DNA of 64,000 nt, taken from positions 7,521-71,520 of the forward strand of contig JBDRQC010000004.1 in NCBI GenBank assembly GCA_043826505.1, given 5' to 3'. A program made the translations under genes and the position numbers. The DNA comes from Chrysiogenia bacterium. GTDB lineage: Bacteria > Acidobacteriota > Aminicenantia > UBA2199. This document shows positions 47,221 through 56,464 of this stretch, piece by piece. The notes beneath the pieces were generated by a model that worked only from the letters and a program-made list of their open reading frames with translations, searched no databases and was not told the DNA's origin. Position 1 is the first letter of the stretch; every line of letters starts with the position of its first letter.

Positions 47221-47256
47221 GGCGGCGGGGAGGAGCTTCGGCAAATCCCCGCCGCC
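47221..47256 (+). terminator. GC-rich hairpin after pepF (terminator-like, no clear U-run)
   Basis: GGCGGCGGGGA (47221-47231) pairs perfectly with TCCCCGCCGCC (47246-47256). The 14-nt loop contains GC-TTCG-GC. The hairpin starts 16 nt after the pepF stop. Confidence 0.4.
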
Positions 47257-47285
47257 ACTTCTTGACCTGAAACCAGCAAATCCGC

Positions 47286-47462
47286 AGCCCGCATTTATCA
47301 CAGATATTGTCGCGAAATTGCGCAGATGGGTGTAGATACAAGGAGGGCGACCGAGGAGAGCGGAGACGTACTGTTGGTACGATGGAGGTATCCGACCGAG
47401 CCTGACGCCGTAGACATGCCCATATCCGCAATTGCAGCAAATATTTGTGAGAAATGCGGGCT
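47286..47462. repeat. 177-nt long-stem imperfect palindrome (candidate structured ncRNA or MITE-like element)
   Basis: The terminal arms 47286-47308 and 47440-47462 pair at 22 of 23 positions (21 WC + 1 GU). The helix continues at 47316-47333 and 47416-47433. The apical region carries a direct repeat CGACCGAG (47348-47355 and 47393-47400), each preceded by GGAGG, and a hairpin CGTAC-TGTTG-GTACG (47367-47381). Confidence 0.7.
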
Positions 47463-47561
47463 ATAACTTAAGTAACATTTTTCTGAATTCCATCTTTTTT
47501 GGCAACTTTGGCCGCTACTCATTCGTCAATAAGGTTAATGAGAATAAATCTTGGAGGCGTC

Positions 47562-49778
47562 ATGAAAAAAATACTGTTTTTGATAATCATCATGTTTTTA
47601 CTGGCCGGGACGGCAGACGCGGCCAATGGGAATATTAACCAGAATATCCGCCCGCTGGAGCTGGTGAAAGCCGAGGCACCTCCAGTTTTGGACGGCTCGC
47701 TCGACGATGAGATCTGGAAAAAGGCCACTGTGATAGACGAAATCTGGGTCACCTACAACCCGGTCAACGGCAACGAACTCCCCCAGCGCACCCGTGCTTA
47801 CATAGCCTATGACGATGAAAATCTCTACTTTGCCTTTCATTGCCTCGACAGCCAGCCTGATCAGATCAAGACCTCGCTGACCAAGCGCGACGGCATTTTC
47901 GAGGACGACTGGGTCGGACTGTCGATCGATACCGTAGGCGGCAAAAAATATGGTTACGAGCTTTTTGTCAATCCCAATGGCGCCCAGGCCGACATATTCC
48001 GCACCGGCGACATGGAGGATTCATCCACGGACTGGGTCTGGTACAGCGCCGGTAAGGTCGTGCCCGACGGCTACATCGTCGAGATCCGTCAGCCCTTGAA
48101 GAACATCCGTTTCGCCAGCGGCAAGGATGTCCGCATGGGCGTGGTCTTTTGGCGCCGCATCAGCCGGTTGGGCATAAGCGGCTCCTGGCCTCACCTGGTG
48201 CCCGGCCAGAGTATCGGCGGATCGCAGGCCGAGATCCGCATCGCCGAACTTTCACGGCCCCTGGTCTTGGAAGCCCTGCCCTCCTTCACCTACAGCTCGG
48301 CCTGGAACCGCCAGTCCCCTTCGACCTGGTCCGGCGCCGATCAGACCAAAGACCTGGGCATCGGCGTCAAGTACGGCATCACCTCCTCGATCGTGGCCGA
48401 GGCCACGCTGAATCCTGATTTCAGCCAGGTTGAAAGCGACTCGCTGCAGGTCACGGTCAACCAGCGCTACCCGATCTTTTACTCGGAAAAACGCCCCTTC
48501 TTCATGGAAGCGGGCAACCTGTTCGACCTGGGCGGGGTCGGGGACGGGCTGGGCAACATGTCCAGGCCGGTGCACACCCGGCTGATCGTCGATCCCCAAT
48601 GGGGACTGCGCCTTACCGGCGAGCAGGGCAAAGGCTCTTTCGCCCTGATCGCCTCGGCTGACCGCTCACCGGGCAACCCCTGGGGAGATAACGAAGAAAA
48701 TCCCGACCTGGGCCGCAAGGCGACATTCTGGATCGGCCGCGGCAAACTGGGGCTGGGCACCGACAATTACGTCGGCATGCTCTACAGCGGCCGCGAGTTC
48801 GGCGAAGAGTACAACCGCGCCCTGGCCGCCGACTTTTCCTTCCGCTTCCTCAAGAACCACCAGGCAACGGGCCACTACATCCAGACTTATTCCAACCGGC
48901 CCGGAGCGGGCGGCGAGAGCAAGGGCGGTTACCTGACCGCCGAATACATATTTTCCAAGGCCAAGACGACGATCTTGGCCATGACCGAAAACATTGATCC
49001 CGATTTCCAGATGGATACCGCCTACTATCAGCGCAGCGGCATTTCCACTTTCAAACTCTACCTGCAGCAGCAATTCACGCCTGACGCCAAGAAGATCCCC
49101 TGGCTTTTCGGCGTCACCCCCTCACTGTACGGCGCCTACATCCATGACCGGGTCTCGGGCCTGGACGACAAGGAACTGATGCTGGAACTGAATGCAAATT
49201 TCATCCTCAAGGGCAACGCCGGCGGCTCTCTCTACCTGGCGCAGGAATGCTGGGCCGGCCGGGAGTTCCAGCGCACCCTTGGCCAATATTACATCAACCT
49301 GCAGCCCCTGAAATGGATGAACCTCCATACCTGCGGCAGCTTCGGCGATTCCATCTACTACGACCCGGTCGACCCTTTCCTGGGTCAACGTACCCAGTTC
49401 CACTTCGCTTGCACGCTGCAGCCCAACAAGAACCTGAACCTGTTCGCCGAGCATATCATTTGCCGCTTCAACCGCGCCGACACCAGCGAACGGGTTTACA
49501 CCCAGGGCATATGGCGCAGCCGCCTCACCTACCAGTTCAACAAGAAGCTGTTCGTCCGCGGCCTGCTGCAATACGACGATTTCTACAAACGGGTCCTGGG
49601 CGACTTCCTGGCCTCGTTTACCTATATCCCGGGCACGGTGCTCTACCTTGGCTACGGCTCGCTGAACGAAAGCCAATCCTGGACCGCGGGCGGCTGGCAG
49701 CGCGGCGTGACCGGCGACCGCTACTATCAGATCCGCCAGAGCCTGTTTTTCAAGATCAGCTACCGCTACCAGTTCTGA
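47562..49778 (+). CDS. CBM9-like / DUF5916-type protein, predicted outer-membrane beta-barrel (paralog 2)
   Basis: ATG 47562 lies behind GGAGG (47553-47557). The signal peptide is MKKILFLIIIMFLLAGTADA. LDGSLDDEIWKKA...NLYFAFHCLDSQPDQIK is collinear with paralog 1 (e.g. TLNPDFSQVE and YSEKRPFF are shared). The protein ends in FFKISYRYQF. Confidence 0.7.
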   Translation: MKKILFLIIIMFLLAGTADAANGNINQNIRPLELVKAEAPPVLDGSLDDEIWKKATVIDEIWVTYNPVNGNELPQRTRAYIAYDDENLYFAFHCLDSQPDQIKTSLTKRDGIFEDDWVGLSIDTVGGKKYGYELFVNPNGAQADIFRTGDMEDSSTDWVWYSAGKVVPDGYIVEIRQPLKNIRFASGKDVRMGVVFWRRISRLGISGSWPHLVPGQSIGGSQAEIRIAELSRPLVLEALPSFTYSSAWNRQSPSTWSGADQTKDLGIGVKYGITSSIVAEATLNPDFSQVESDSLQVTVNQRYPIFYSEKRPFFMEAGNLFDLGGVGDGLGNMSRPVHTRLIVDPQWGLRLTGEQGKGSFALIASADRSPGNPWGDNEENPDLGRKATFWIGRGKLGLGTDNYVGMLYSGREFGEEYNRALAADFSFRFLKNHQATGHYIQTYSNRPGAGGESKGGYLTAEYIFSKAKTTILAMTENIDPDFQMDTAYYQRSGISTFKLYLQQQFTPDAKKIPWLFGVTPSLYGAYIHDRVSGLDDKELMLELNANFILKGNAGGSLYLAQECWAGREFQRTLGQYYINLQPLKWMNLHTCGSFGDSIYYDPVDPFLGQRTQFHFACTLQPNKNLNLFAEHIICRFNRADTSERVYTQGIWRSRLTYQFNKKLFVRGLLQYDDFYKRVLGDFLASFTYIPGTVLYLGYGSLNESQSWTAGGWQRGVTGDRYYQIRQSLFFKISYRYQF

Positions 49779-49935
49779 GCGGTGGGAAAAGTTCGAAAAA
49801 ATCGTTTGTAATGCCTGCCGAGGGAAACTCCGCTATTGGATTTGAGAAAAAAGTTGGCCGCCGGGGCAAAGGCGATCGTTATGGGTGAGACATCATACGG
49901 AATGGTCCTGAAATTGTCAGCTCGGGCGGCACCTT

Positions 49936-51411
49936 TTAGCGGTCCAGCAGCGACTGGCAATAGATCTTCAGTTCGTCGACGCTGAACGGCTCGGCCACAT
50001 GCAGCACAAAAGATCGGAAGCGCCCATGCTGCAACTGGGAGAGTATGTTGCGCGCTTCGCGGCGGGCGGCGTCGGCGTCGCCGCCGGCGTTCAGCAGTCG
50101 CAGCATCCGTCCGCGGGCCTGAACGAAATCGGCGCTAATGAACAGCACCTTGCGGTATTCACGGATAGCCTCGTGTCTCCGGCCCTGGGACTCTTGGAAG
50201 CGGCCCAGCAGGTAATGCATCTCGGGAAAGATCGGCGCCCGCTGGGCAAGTAAATCGGCCAGCTGCAACAGTTCCTGGCCTCGGTTGAGGTTGGCCAGCT
50301 GGATCATTTTCAGCACCATGGCCGCCCGGTTCTCGGGCTCCAGAAAAAGAACTTCGTCCACCAGTTCCCGGGCGCGCTCATAATCGCCAAGGTCGGTCAT
50401 CAGCTCCGCCTCCTCCAGCAAGACGCGTCCCTTGCTAATGGGGGCGTTGTCGACGCCAGCATCGGGAATGGACAGCGAACGGGGCATGGGCGCCGGAGTA
50501 GCTACCAGCAGTTCCAAACTCGCGAAGGGGGCACAGCCGGCGATCTTGCTGGGAGCGCCGGGCGCCTGTTTCTTGCGGTAGATGAAAGTGTTTTCGAACA
50601 TCAGGCAATCGAAATCGGTTGATAACTCCCACAACGTTTCGGCCGGCCCCAGGAAAAGGAAACCGCCGGGGTTGAGGCGGCGGTGAAGTTCGGCGATGAT
50701 GCGCCGCGTCGTGTCACGACTGAAATAGATCAGCACGTTGCGGAAGAAGATTATGTCCAGGTCAGTGGGCAGTTCCTGTGCCGGCAGCTCAAGCAAATTG
50801 AGATAGCGAAATTCGGCCAGGTCGCGCAGCGTCTTCCGGACCTGCTGGCGGCCCAAAACTGGCTCGAAGTGCCGCTGCAACAGGTCAGCCGACACCTTGT
50901 TAAGGGTGCGGCCGCTGTACATTCCGCGCCGGGCCACATAGAGCATGTCATCGTTGATGTCAGTGCCCAGTGCGCTGATACGGAAGTCCGCCAGTTCGGG
51001 AATATCCAGCAGGGTAATGAGGATGCTGTAGATCTCTTCACCCGACGAGCACCCGGCTGACCAGAATTGAATACGCTTCTCTTTTTTGCTTTGCAGGGCC
51101 GGGGCAGCCACCCGGCGCAGCAGATCGAATTGCTCCGGCACGCGGAAGAAATAGGTCTCGTTGACAGTGATCAGGTTGATCAAGCGCCTCAACTCGCTGG
51201 CGCCATCATCGCCGGCCAGCCGTTCCAGATAACCACTAAAAGAGGGCTCGGCGAGTTCTTCCATGCGCAGCTGCAAATCCTGTTTGAGATCCTGGCGCTT
51301 GACCGGGTCGAAAGTGATGCCGCTAGCGTCTTCGATCAGGCGGACGAAACGTTCCTCAATGAGCGGCAAAAAGTCATCGCTGAAAGCCCTGCGGCCAGGT
51401 TGCCCGCTCAT
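49936..51411 (-). CDS. cheR: CheR-type protein-glutamate O-methyltransferase with C-terminal TPR-like domain
   Basis: The CheR SAM-binding region is IQFWSAGCSSGEEIYSILITL, followed by DIIFFRNVLIYF. About 170 aa of C-terminal helical repeats follow (LGDYERARELVDEVLFLEPEN...). The ATG overlaps the upstream stop (ATGA). Confidence 0.85.
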   Translation of the reverse strand: MSGQPGRRAFSDDFLPLIEERFVRLIEDASGITFDPVKRQDLKQDLQLRMEELAEPSFSGYLERLAGDDGASELRRLINLITVNETYFFRVPEQFDLLRRVAAPALQSKKEKRIQFWSAGCSSGEEIYSILITLLDIPELADFRISALGTDINDDMLYVARRGMYSGRTLNKVSADLLQRHFEPVLGRQQVRKTLRDLAEFRYLNLLELPAQELPTDLDIIFFRNVLIYFSRDTTRRIIAELHRRLNPGGFLFLGPAETLWELSTDFDCLMFENTFIYRKKQAPGAPSKIAGCAPFASLELLVATPAPMPRSLSIPDAGVDNAPISKGRVLLEEAELMTDLGDYERARELVDEVLFLEPENRAAMVLKMIQLANLNRGQELLQLADLLAQRAPIFPEMHYLLGRFQESQGRRHEAIREYRKVLFISADFVQARGRMLRLLNAGGDADAARREARNILSQLQHGRFRSFVLHVAEPFSVDELKIYCQSLLDR

Positions 51412-52973
51412 TTACCGTCGACTACCCTGTTCTTGCCGCTGCGCTTGGCCTGGTACAGCCTGGAATCGGCGATCTTGATCAATTCTAGCTCGTTGACCTG
51501 GGTAGACGATTCCTTCAGCGCCGGCTGCAGGCTGGCTAGGCCGACGCTGATGGAGACCTGCAGCGGCTCGCCACTAACCGTTTTGAACGGATGCTTTTCG
51601 ACCCGGACGCGGATGCGCTCGGCTACGACGCGGGCGTTCTCACGGCTGGTCTCGGGCAGGAGGAGAATGAACTCCTCGCCGCCATAACGCCCCGGCAGGT
51701 CGATGTTGCGGATACTGTTCATGATGATACCGGCCAGCGCTTGCAGCACCAGGTCGCCGCTCAAGTGGCCAAAGGTGTCGTTGATGTGCTTGAAGTTATC
51801 GATGTCCATCATTAATACGCTGAACTCGGCGCTGTAGCGCATCGACTTGTTGAATTCCTGCTTGAAGAGTTCCATAACGTGGCGGCGGTTGTGGAGTTTG
51901 GTCAGGCCGTCGATGATGCTGAGGCTCTTGATGCGGTTGTACATGGAGATGGCACTGATGGCCGAGGAAATGTGGTCGCTCAGCTTTCCCAGCAGCTGCT
52001 TGCCGGAGGCCGGCAACCGCGCCATGTCGGGATGATAGACGTTCAGGATACCGAGGCTCTCTTCCTTGGCCCTTAGCGGCAGGCTAAAAACGCACTCCGG
52101 CGTAAAGGGCAGTTCGTCCGCAGCTTCGCCGGCAGCGCCCTCCAGGACCTCTACCTCGATTTGGTAGTCCGCAATGTCCTGGTTGACCATCAGCCCCAGA
52201 TCTTCAAGGATGTGGTATTCGAAGAGTTCCAATGTTCGGGGCGACACTACCCGCCCCAATTTCAAGTTGAGTAGCACTTGTTTCTCGCCGCTGAAAACGG
52301 CCAAACCGAGAATAATGCTGTCGATCGCCTTGTCCAGGACCGACAGCAGGTGGCAAAGCGTTTCCGACAACGACATCAGCGAAACCGAGGCACGGTTGAT
52401 TTCATTGATGAGCGTCATCTCGAACAGCCGCCTGTCGATCAGCTGATTCAGCTTTTCCAGCACCTGCTGGGCGTCAATGCTTTTGCCGGCGGGGCGCTGG
52501 TGAGCATCTCTATCGGGGCGCCGGCCGGCGTACTTGGCGAGCAGGTCGTCGACGGCGGCAGTAAGTTCTTCCGCTTTGAAGTCCTTGAACAAGTACAGGT
52601 CAGCGCCGGTCTGATACCCCCAGAAGACCGAACCGCTACTTTCGAGCGAAGTGAGAATGATAACCGGAGTGTTGACCAGCGTCGGGTCGCTCTTAAGCAA
52701 GCGACACACCTGATAGCCGTCCATCTTGGGCATCTCAATGTCAGAAATGATCAAGTCGGGGTCGTGCTCGAATGCCAGCGCAACGGCCTGCAATCCGTCT
52801 TCGGCCACAAGCACCCCATGACCGGCCGTGGTCAGGATTTCCTGCACCATGGCGCGCATGGTCGGACTGTCATCGGCGATCAGGATACTTTTTTTCCTGA
52901 CAGGGCGGCTTTCCGTGATCGGGCTGTCGGCTGTGATCGGAATGCGCTTTTTCCTGACGGGGCGGCTTTTCAT
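51408..52973 (-). CDS. Response regulator REC-GAF-GGDEF diguanylate cyclase (WspR-like output)
   Basis: The REC domain shows ILIADDSPTMRAMV...DLIISDIEMPKMDGY. A central GAF-like region follows. The GGDEF domain has the active site RYGGEEF and an RxxD I-site (RNID) five residues upstream. The N-terminus carries a 19-aa tandem duplication. Confidence 0.85.
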   Translation of the reverse strand: MKSRPVRKKRIPITADSPITESRPVRKKSILIADDSPTMRAMVQEILTTAGHGVLVAEDGLQAVALAFEHDPDLIISDIEMPKMDGYQVCRLLKSDPTLVNTPVIILTSLESSGSVFWGYQTGADLYLFKDFKAEELTAAVDDLLAKYAGRRPDRDAHQRPAGKSIDAQQVLEKLNQLIDRRLFEMTLINEINRASVSLMSLSETLCHLLSVLDKAIDSIILGLAVFSGEKQVLLNLKLGRVVSPRTLELFEYHILEDLGLMVNQDIADYQIEVEVLEGAAGEAADELPFTPECVFSLPLRAKEESLGILNVYHPDMARLPASGKQLLGKLSDHISSAISAISMYNRIKSLSIIDGLTKLHNRRHVMELFKQEFNKSMRYSAEFSVLMMDIDNFKHINDTFGHLSGDLVLQALAGIIMNSIRNIDLPGRYGGEEFILLLPETSRENARVVAERIRVRVEKHPFKTVSGEPLQVSISVGLASLQPALKESSTQVNELELIKIADSRLYQAKRSGKNRVVDGK

Positions 52974-52977
52974 GTTT

Positions 52978-54057
52978 TTACTCCTTTAATACGCGCATGA
53001 GCTCGTCGGCGATATGTTCGAGTGGCAGCACGAGCGCTGCGGCTCCGGATTCCACCGCTACCCGCGGCATGCCATAGATGAGCGAAGAGACCTGGTCCTG
53101 GGCGATAGTCAGGGCTCCTCGATCGCGCATCGCCTTAAGCCCGGTAACGCCGTCGTCGCCCATGCCGGTCAAGATGATACCTATGGCGCGTTTACCGTAA
53201 CTCTCGCCCGCAGATTGCAGCAGATGATTGGCTGACGGCCGGTGCTTGCCCCACGGCGGCAGATCCATACGCAGGCGGATGCAATGGTCGGCCGACACCT
53301 GCATCTGCACATCGTCGGGGGCGAAATAAACCGTACCGGGGCGGATGACTTCACCGTCCTCGGCCACGCACACGCGCAAGCGGATGCTTAAGCCCAGCCA
53401 ATCGACGAAACCGTCGATAAAACCGTATGTGATATGTTGAACGATCGCGATGCCAGCGGGGAACTGCACCGGCAGGGACGCCAGCAGTTTTTTCAGCGCC
53501 AGGGGTCCTCCGGTAGAGGCGCCGATGACCACCAGCCGGGCGGCGGCGCCCTGGCCAATGTCCGGCGGCTTCAGCGCCGCGGCCACGGCTGCGGCAGGCA
53601 GCGGGCGGTCCCGGCCGTGCATCTTGCCGCGGATGTGCGGGACGACCTTGATGCGGGCCAGCATGCGGATCTTGGCGGTAAGCTGGGCGGCGAGTTTCTG
53701 GAAGCCGGCGACAGTGATGTCCGGTTTGCTCATGACGTCAAGCGCACCCAGGGCCAGGGCGTTGAAACTGGAATATTTTTCGTTCTTGTCGATGGCGCTG
53801 GAAAAGATCAGGATCGGCGTCGGCATATAGGCCATGATTTGTTCTGTGGCGGCGAAGCCGTCCATGTGCGGCATCTGTATGTCCATGGTAATCAGGTCGG
53901 GGCGCAGCCGGGCCGTTTGCTCAACCGCTTCGCGCCCGTCGCGAGCCTCACCGATCACCACGATACCCGGGTCCTGGGTCAGCACATCGCGCAGGATACT
54001 ACGCACCAAATCGGAATCGTCCACGATCAGCACCCGGGTCCGGTTGTCTTTGGTCAT
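52978..54057 (-). CDS. cheB: CheB protein-glutamate methylesterase/glutaminase with N-terminal REC domain
   Basis: The REC domain shows RVLIVDDSDLVRSIL...DLITMDIQMPHMDGF. The catalytic domain motifs are IGASTGGPLAL, AIVQHI and GMGDDG. Confidence 0.9.
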   Translation of the reverse strand: MTKDNRTRVLIVDDSDLVRSILRDVLTQDPGIVVIGEARDGREAVEQTARLRPDLITMDIQMPHMDGFAATEQIMAYMPTPILIFSSAIDKNEKYSSFNALALGALDVMSKPDITVAGFQKLAAQLTAKIRMLARIKVVPHIRGKMHGRDRPLPAAAVAAALKPPDIGQGAAARLVVIGASTGGPLALKKLLASLPVQFPAGIAIVQHITYGFIDGFVDWLGLSIRLRVCVAEDGEVIRPGTVYFAPDDVQMQVSADHCIRLRMDLPPWGKHRPSANHLLQSAGESYGKRAIGIILTGMGDDGVTGLKAMRDRGALTIAQDQVSSLIYGMPRVAVESGAAALVLPLEHIADELMRVLKE

Positions 54058-54065
54058 GTTTTCTC

Positions 54066-56462
54066 CTACCCGATGAAGCTGCGGACGACGCGCAGGAACT
54101 CGCGATCGTCGAAATCCTGTTTCGACAGCCAGGCGCTGGCACCGACATGGATGCCGCGCACCTTGTCTTGCTCCCGATCGCGAGTGCTGAGGACGATCAC
54201 CGGCACCTCGGCGTAATCGCGGATTTTTCGGATGTTCTCAATCAATTCGAACCCGTCCATCTCCGGCATTTCGATATCGGCCAGGATGAGATCGAAGCGG
54301 TCGGAGATCGCCTTGTTGTAGCCATCCAGACCGTTGATGGCAGTGACCACCTCGTAGCCGGCCATCTCCAGGACATTCTTCTCCATCTCGCGCACCAATA
54401 GCGAGTCGTCCACCACCAGCACCTTGCGCCTGACGCGCGCCGGCGTGTGTGTTGCTTTTTTGTCCGCCGACAACTGCCGGGAAAACGCGGCCGACGAAGC
54501 CAGATCGTGCAGGTCGAGGACAGTGAACAGTTCGCCACGTTCTCCGATCAGCACGCCGGAGACAAAGCGGCGCTTGCCCAGGAAAGGTCCCAGTTCCTTG
54601 ATGATGACCTCGTTTTCGTGCAGGATGTCGTCCACCAGGATGCCGATGCGGCGTTCGCCGGACTTGGGCAGAATCATGAACATCATGCCCGCCGCTGGTA
54701 GTTGCCCATCTCCCCCCAGAACCTGGTCCAACCGGGTCACGGTGTAGATTTCGTCGCCTTGAACGACGGTAGCATAGCCGTGCTTCTGGCGCAGGGTGGC
54801 TGCGTCCAGCCGCACAATCTGTCGGATCAGGTTACTAGGCAGGGCGTAGGTCACTCCCGCGTCGCGGACGAACATCACCTGGGTCGTAAAGATGGCGATC
54901 GGGAACTCCAGGATGAATGTTGTACCCTTGCCTTTCTCGGTCACGATGGCCAAGCTGCCGTTTAGGGCGCTGACGGTGCGCTTGGCGATGTCCATGCCGA
55001 TGCCGCGGCCGCTGCTGTCGGAGACTTCGCGGGCGGTGGAAAAACCGGGCTCGAATATGAAATCGAAAACGTCGGAGTCCTCCAGCCCGGCGGCCCGCTT
55101 TTCATCGATCAGGCCGCGGCGGATGGCCGTCTGCAGGATGACGTAGCGGTCCAGGCCGCGGCCGTCATCCTGGATGCGGATCTCGACGCGGTTGCCCTTC
55201 TTGTTGGACTCGACGACGATCGTGCCGACCGCATCCTTGCCCAGCCGCTCGCGCTCCGCTGGTGCTTCGATGCCGTGATCGCAGGCGTTGCGCAGCAGGT
55301 GAACCAGCGGTTCACTGATCTTTTCAATGATCGTCTTGTCGAGCTGGCTGTCGCCGCCGCGAACGAACAGGCGGATCTTCTTGCCGCTGCGCTGGGCGTA
55401 GTCACGAACATATCTCGGGTAGACAGTGAAGATGGTCGAGATGGGCGTCAGCTTGATGTCGAGCAAATTGTCATAGATGTCGCGCAACGTGCCCTCAAAA
55501 TCGGTCAGGTTGGCCTGGAAGCCGCGCTCGAACTCGACAACGTTCCTGGCCAGCAGGTCGAGCATGGTCTCGATGTTGTCAGCCGCCTCGGAGTTGCCAA
55601 GACAGCTTTTCAATGGCTGCCATTCGCGCCGGAATCCTTCGGCGACTTGCTGCAGCCCCTTGAAAGTGTGCAGCACGTTGCCGAAGAAGTAACGCTTGGA
55701 CAGCAGGTCGGTTAACTGGTTGATGATGTTTTCGATCTTTTCACTGTCCACCTTGAGAAACTGGCGTTCACGGACGCGCGGCACGGCGGGGGCAGCAGCG
55801 TCGGCGCTGGGGCCGGCCGGCGGGGCCGGCGGCTGCGGAAGTTCAGGCACAAGCACAAGCGCCGGGGCAGGCGGTGCAACCTCCGCCGCTGCCGGCATGG
55901 CGGCCGCTGCAGCGGGAACTGCCGGCTCCCGGGTGGTGCGCCGCTTCAGCGACCGGTGCCCAGGCGGCGACTGGCCGGCCTGCACGGAATGGCGCAGCGC
56001 GGCCAGGTCGAGGTTGAAATGGCGCTTGCCGGCATCACTCGTCTGCATCTTTGCCTGCGATGATAAGGCAGCCGTACGTTCCTCAAGTGCGGCCTGCAGT
56101 TTGTTCAGCACGGCGGCTGCTGTTGGTGGCAGGGGCTGGCCGGTTTGGGCGGCACGGACCATCTCGCCCAAGGCGTCGATGGCCTCGTAGAGAACCTCTA
56201 TCACGGTCGCGTCCACCTCTGTTTGGCGGCCGTGCAGCTGGGCAAAGACATCCTCCATACGGTGCGACAGTTCGCTGATTTCCGTCAATCCTACCATGCG
56301 CGCACTGCCCTTGATGGTGTGCATGCCGCGCTGGATGCCCAATAGGGCGTCGCGATCACGCGGGTTCTGTTCCAGCTGTACCAGAAAATTCTGGACGAAC
56401 GTCAGCTTTTCCTTGGCTTCGAGGAAAAACTGCTCCAGGAACTTCGCTACATCCAGGGCCAT
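54066..56462 (-). CDS. cheA: Hybrid CheA-CheY histidine kinase (Hpt, P/A-rich linker, HATPase, CheW-like domain, C-terminal REC)
   Basis: ATG 56462 lies 2 nt after the MCP stop. The Hpt motif is HTIKGSARMVGL, the N-box is LLRNACDHGIE, G1 is DDGRGLD and G2 is GRGIGMD. The C-terminal REC domain shows KVLVVDDSLLVREM...DLILADIEMPEMDGF. Confidence 0.9.
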   Translation of the reverse strand: MALDVAKFLEQFFLEAKEKLTFVQNFLVQLEQNPRDRDALLGIQRGMHTIKGSARMVGLTEISELSHRMEDVFAQLHGRQTEVDATVIEVLYEAIDALGEMVRAAQTGQPLPPTAAAVLNKLQAALEERTAALSSQAKMQTSDAGKRHFNLDLAALRHSVQAGQSPPGHRSLKRRTTREPAVPAAAAAMPAAAEVAPPAPALVLVPELPQPPAPPAGPSADAAAPAVPRVRERQFLKVDSEKIENIINQLTDLLSKRYFFGNVLHTFKGLQQVAEGFRREWQPLKSCLGNSEAADNIETMLDLLARNVVEFERGFQANLTDFEGTLRDIYDNLLDIKLTPISTIFTVYPRYVRDYAQRSGKKIRLFVRGGDSQLDKTIIEKISEPLVHLLRNACDHGIEAPAERERLGKDAVGTIVVESNKKGNRVEIRIQDDGRGLDRYVILQTAIRRGLIDEKRAAGLEDSDVFDFIFEPGFSTAREVSDSSGRGIGMDIAKRTVSALNGSLAIVTEKGKGTTFILEFPIAIFTTQVMFVRDAGVTYALPSNLIRQIVRLDAATLRQKHGYATVVQGDEIYTVTRLDQVLGGDGQLPAAGMMFMILPKSGERRIGILVDDILHENEVIIKELGPFLGKRRFVSGVLIGERGELFTVLDLHDLASSAAFSRQLSADKKATHTPARVRRKVLVVDDSLLVREMEKNVLEMAGYEVVTAINGLDGYNKAISDRFDLILADIEMPEMDGFELIENIRKIRDYAEVPVIVLSTRDREQDKVRGIHVGASAWLSKQDFDDREFLRVVRSFIG

Positions 56463-56464
56463 GG

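Noticed and set aside
55780-55930. Very GC-rich low-complexity tract that could be mistaken for a repeat element
   Set aside because: It is in frame within cheA and encodes a Pro/Ala-rich flexible linker (PAVPAAAAAMPAAAEVAPPAPAL...PQPPAPPAGP) between the Hpt and kinase regions. This is a common feature of CheA proteins.
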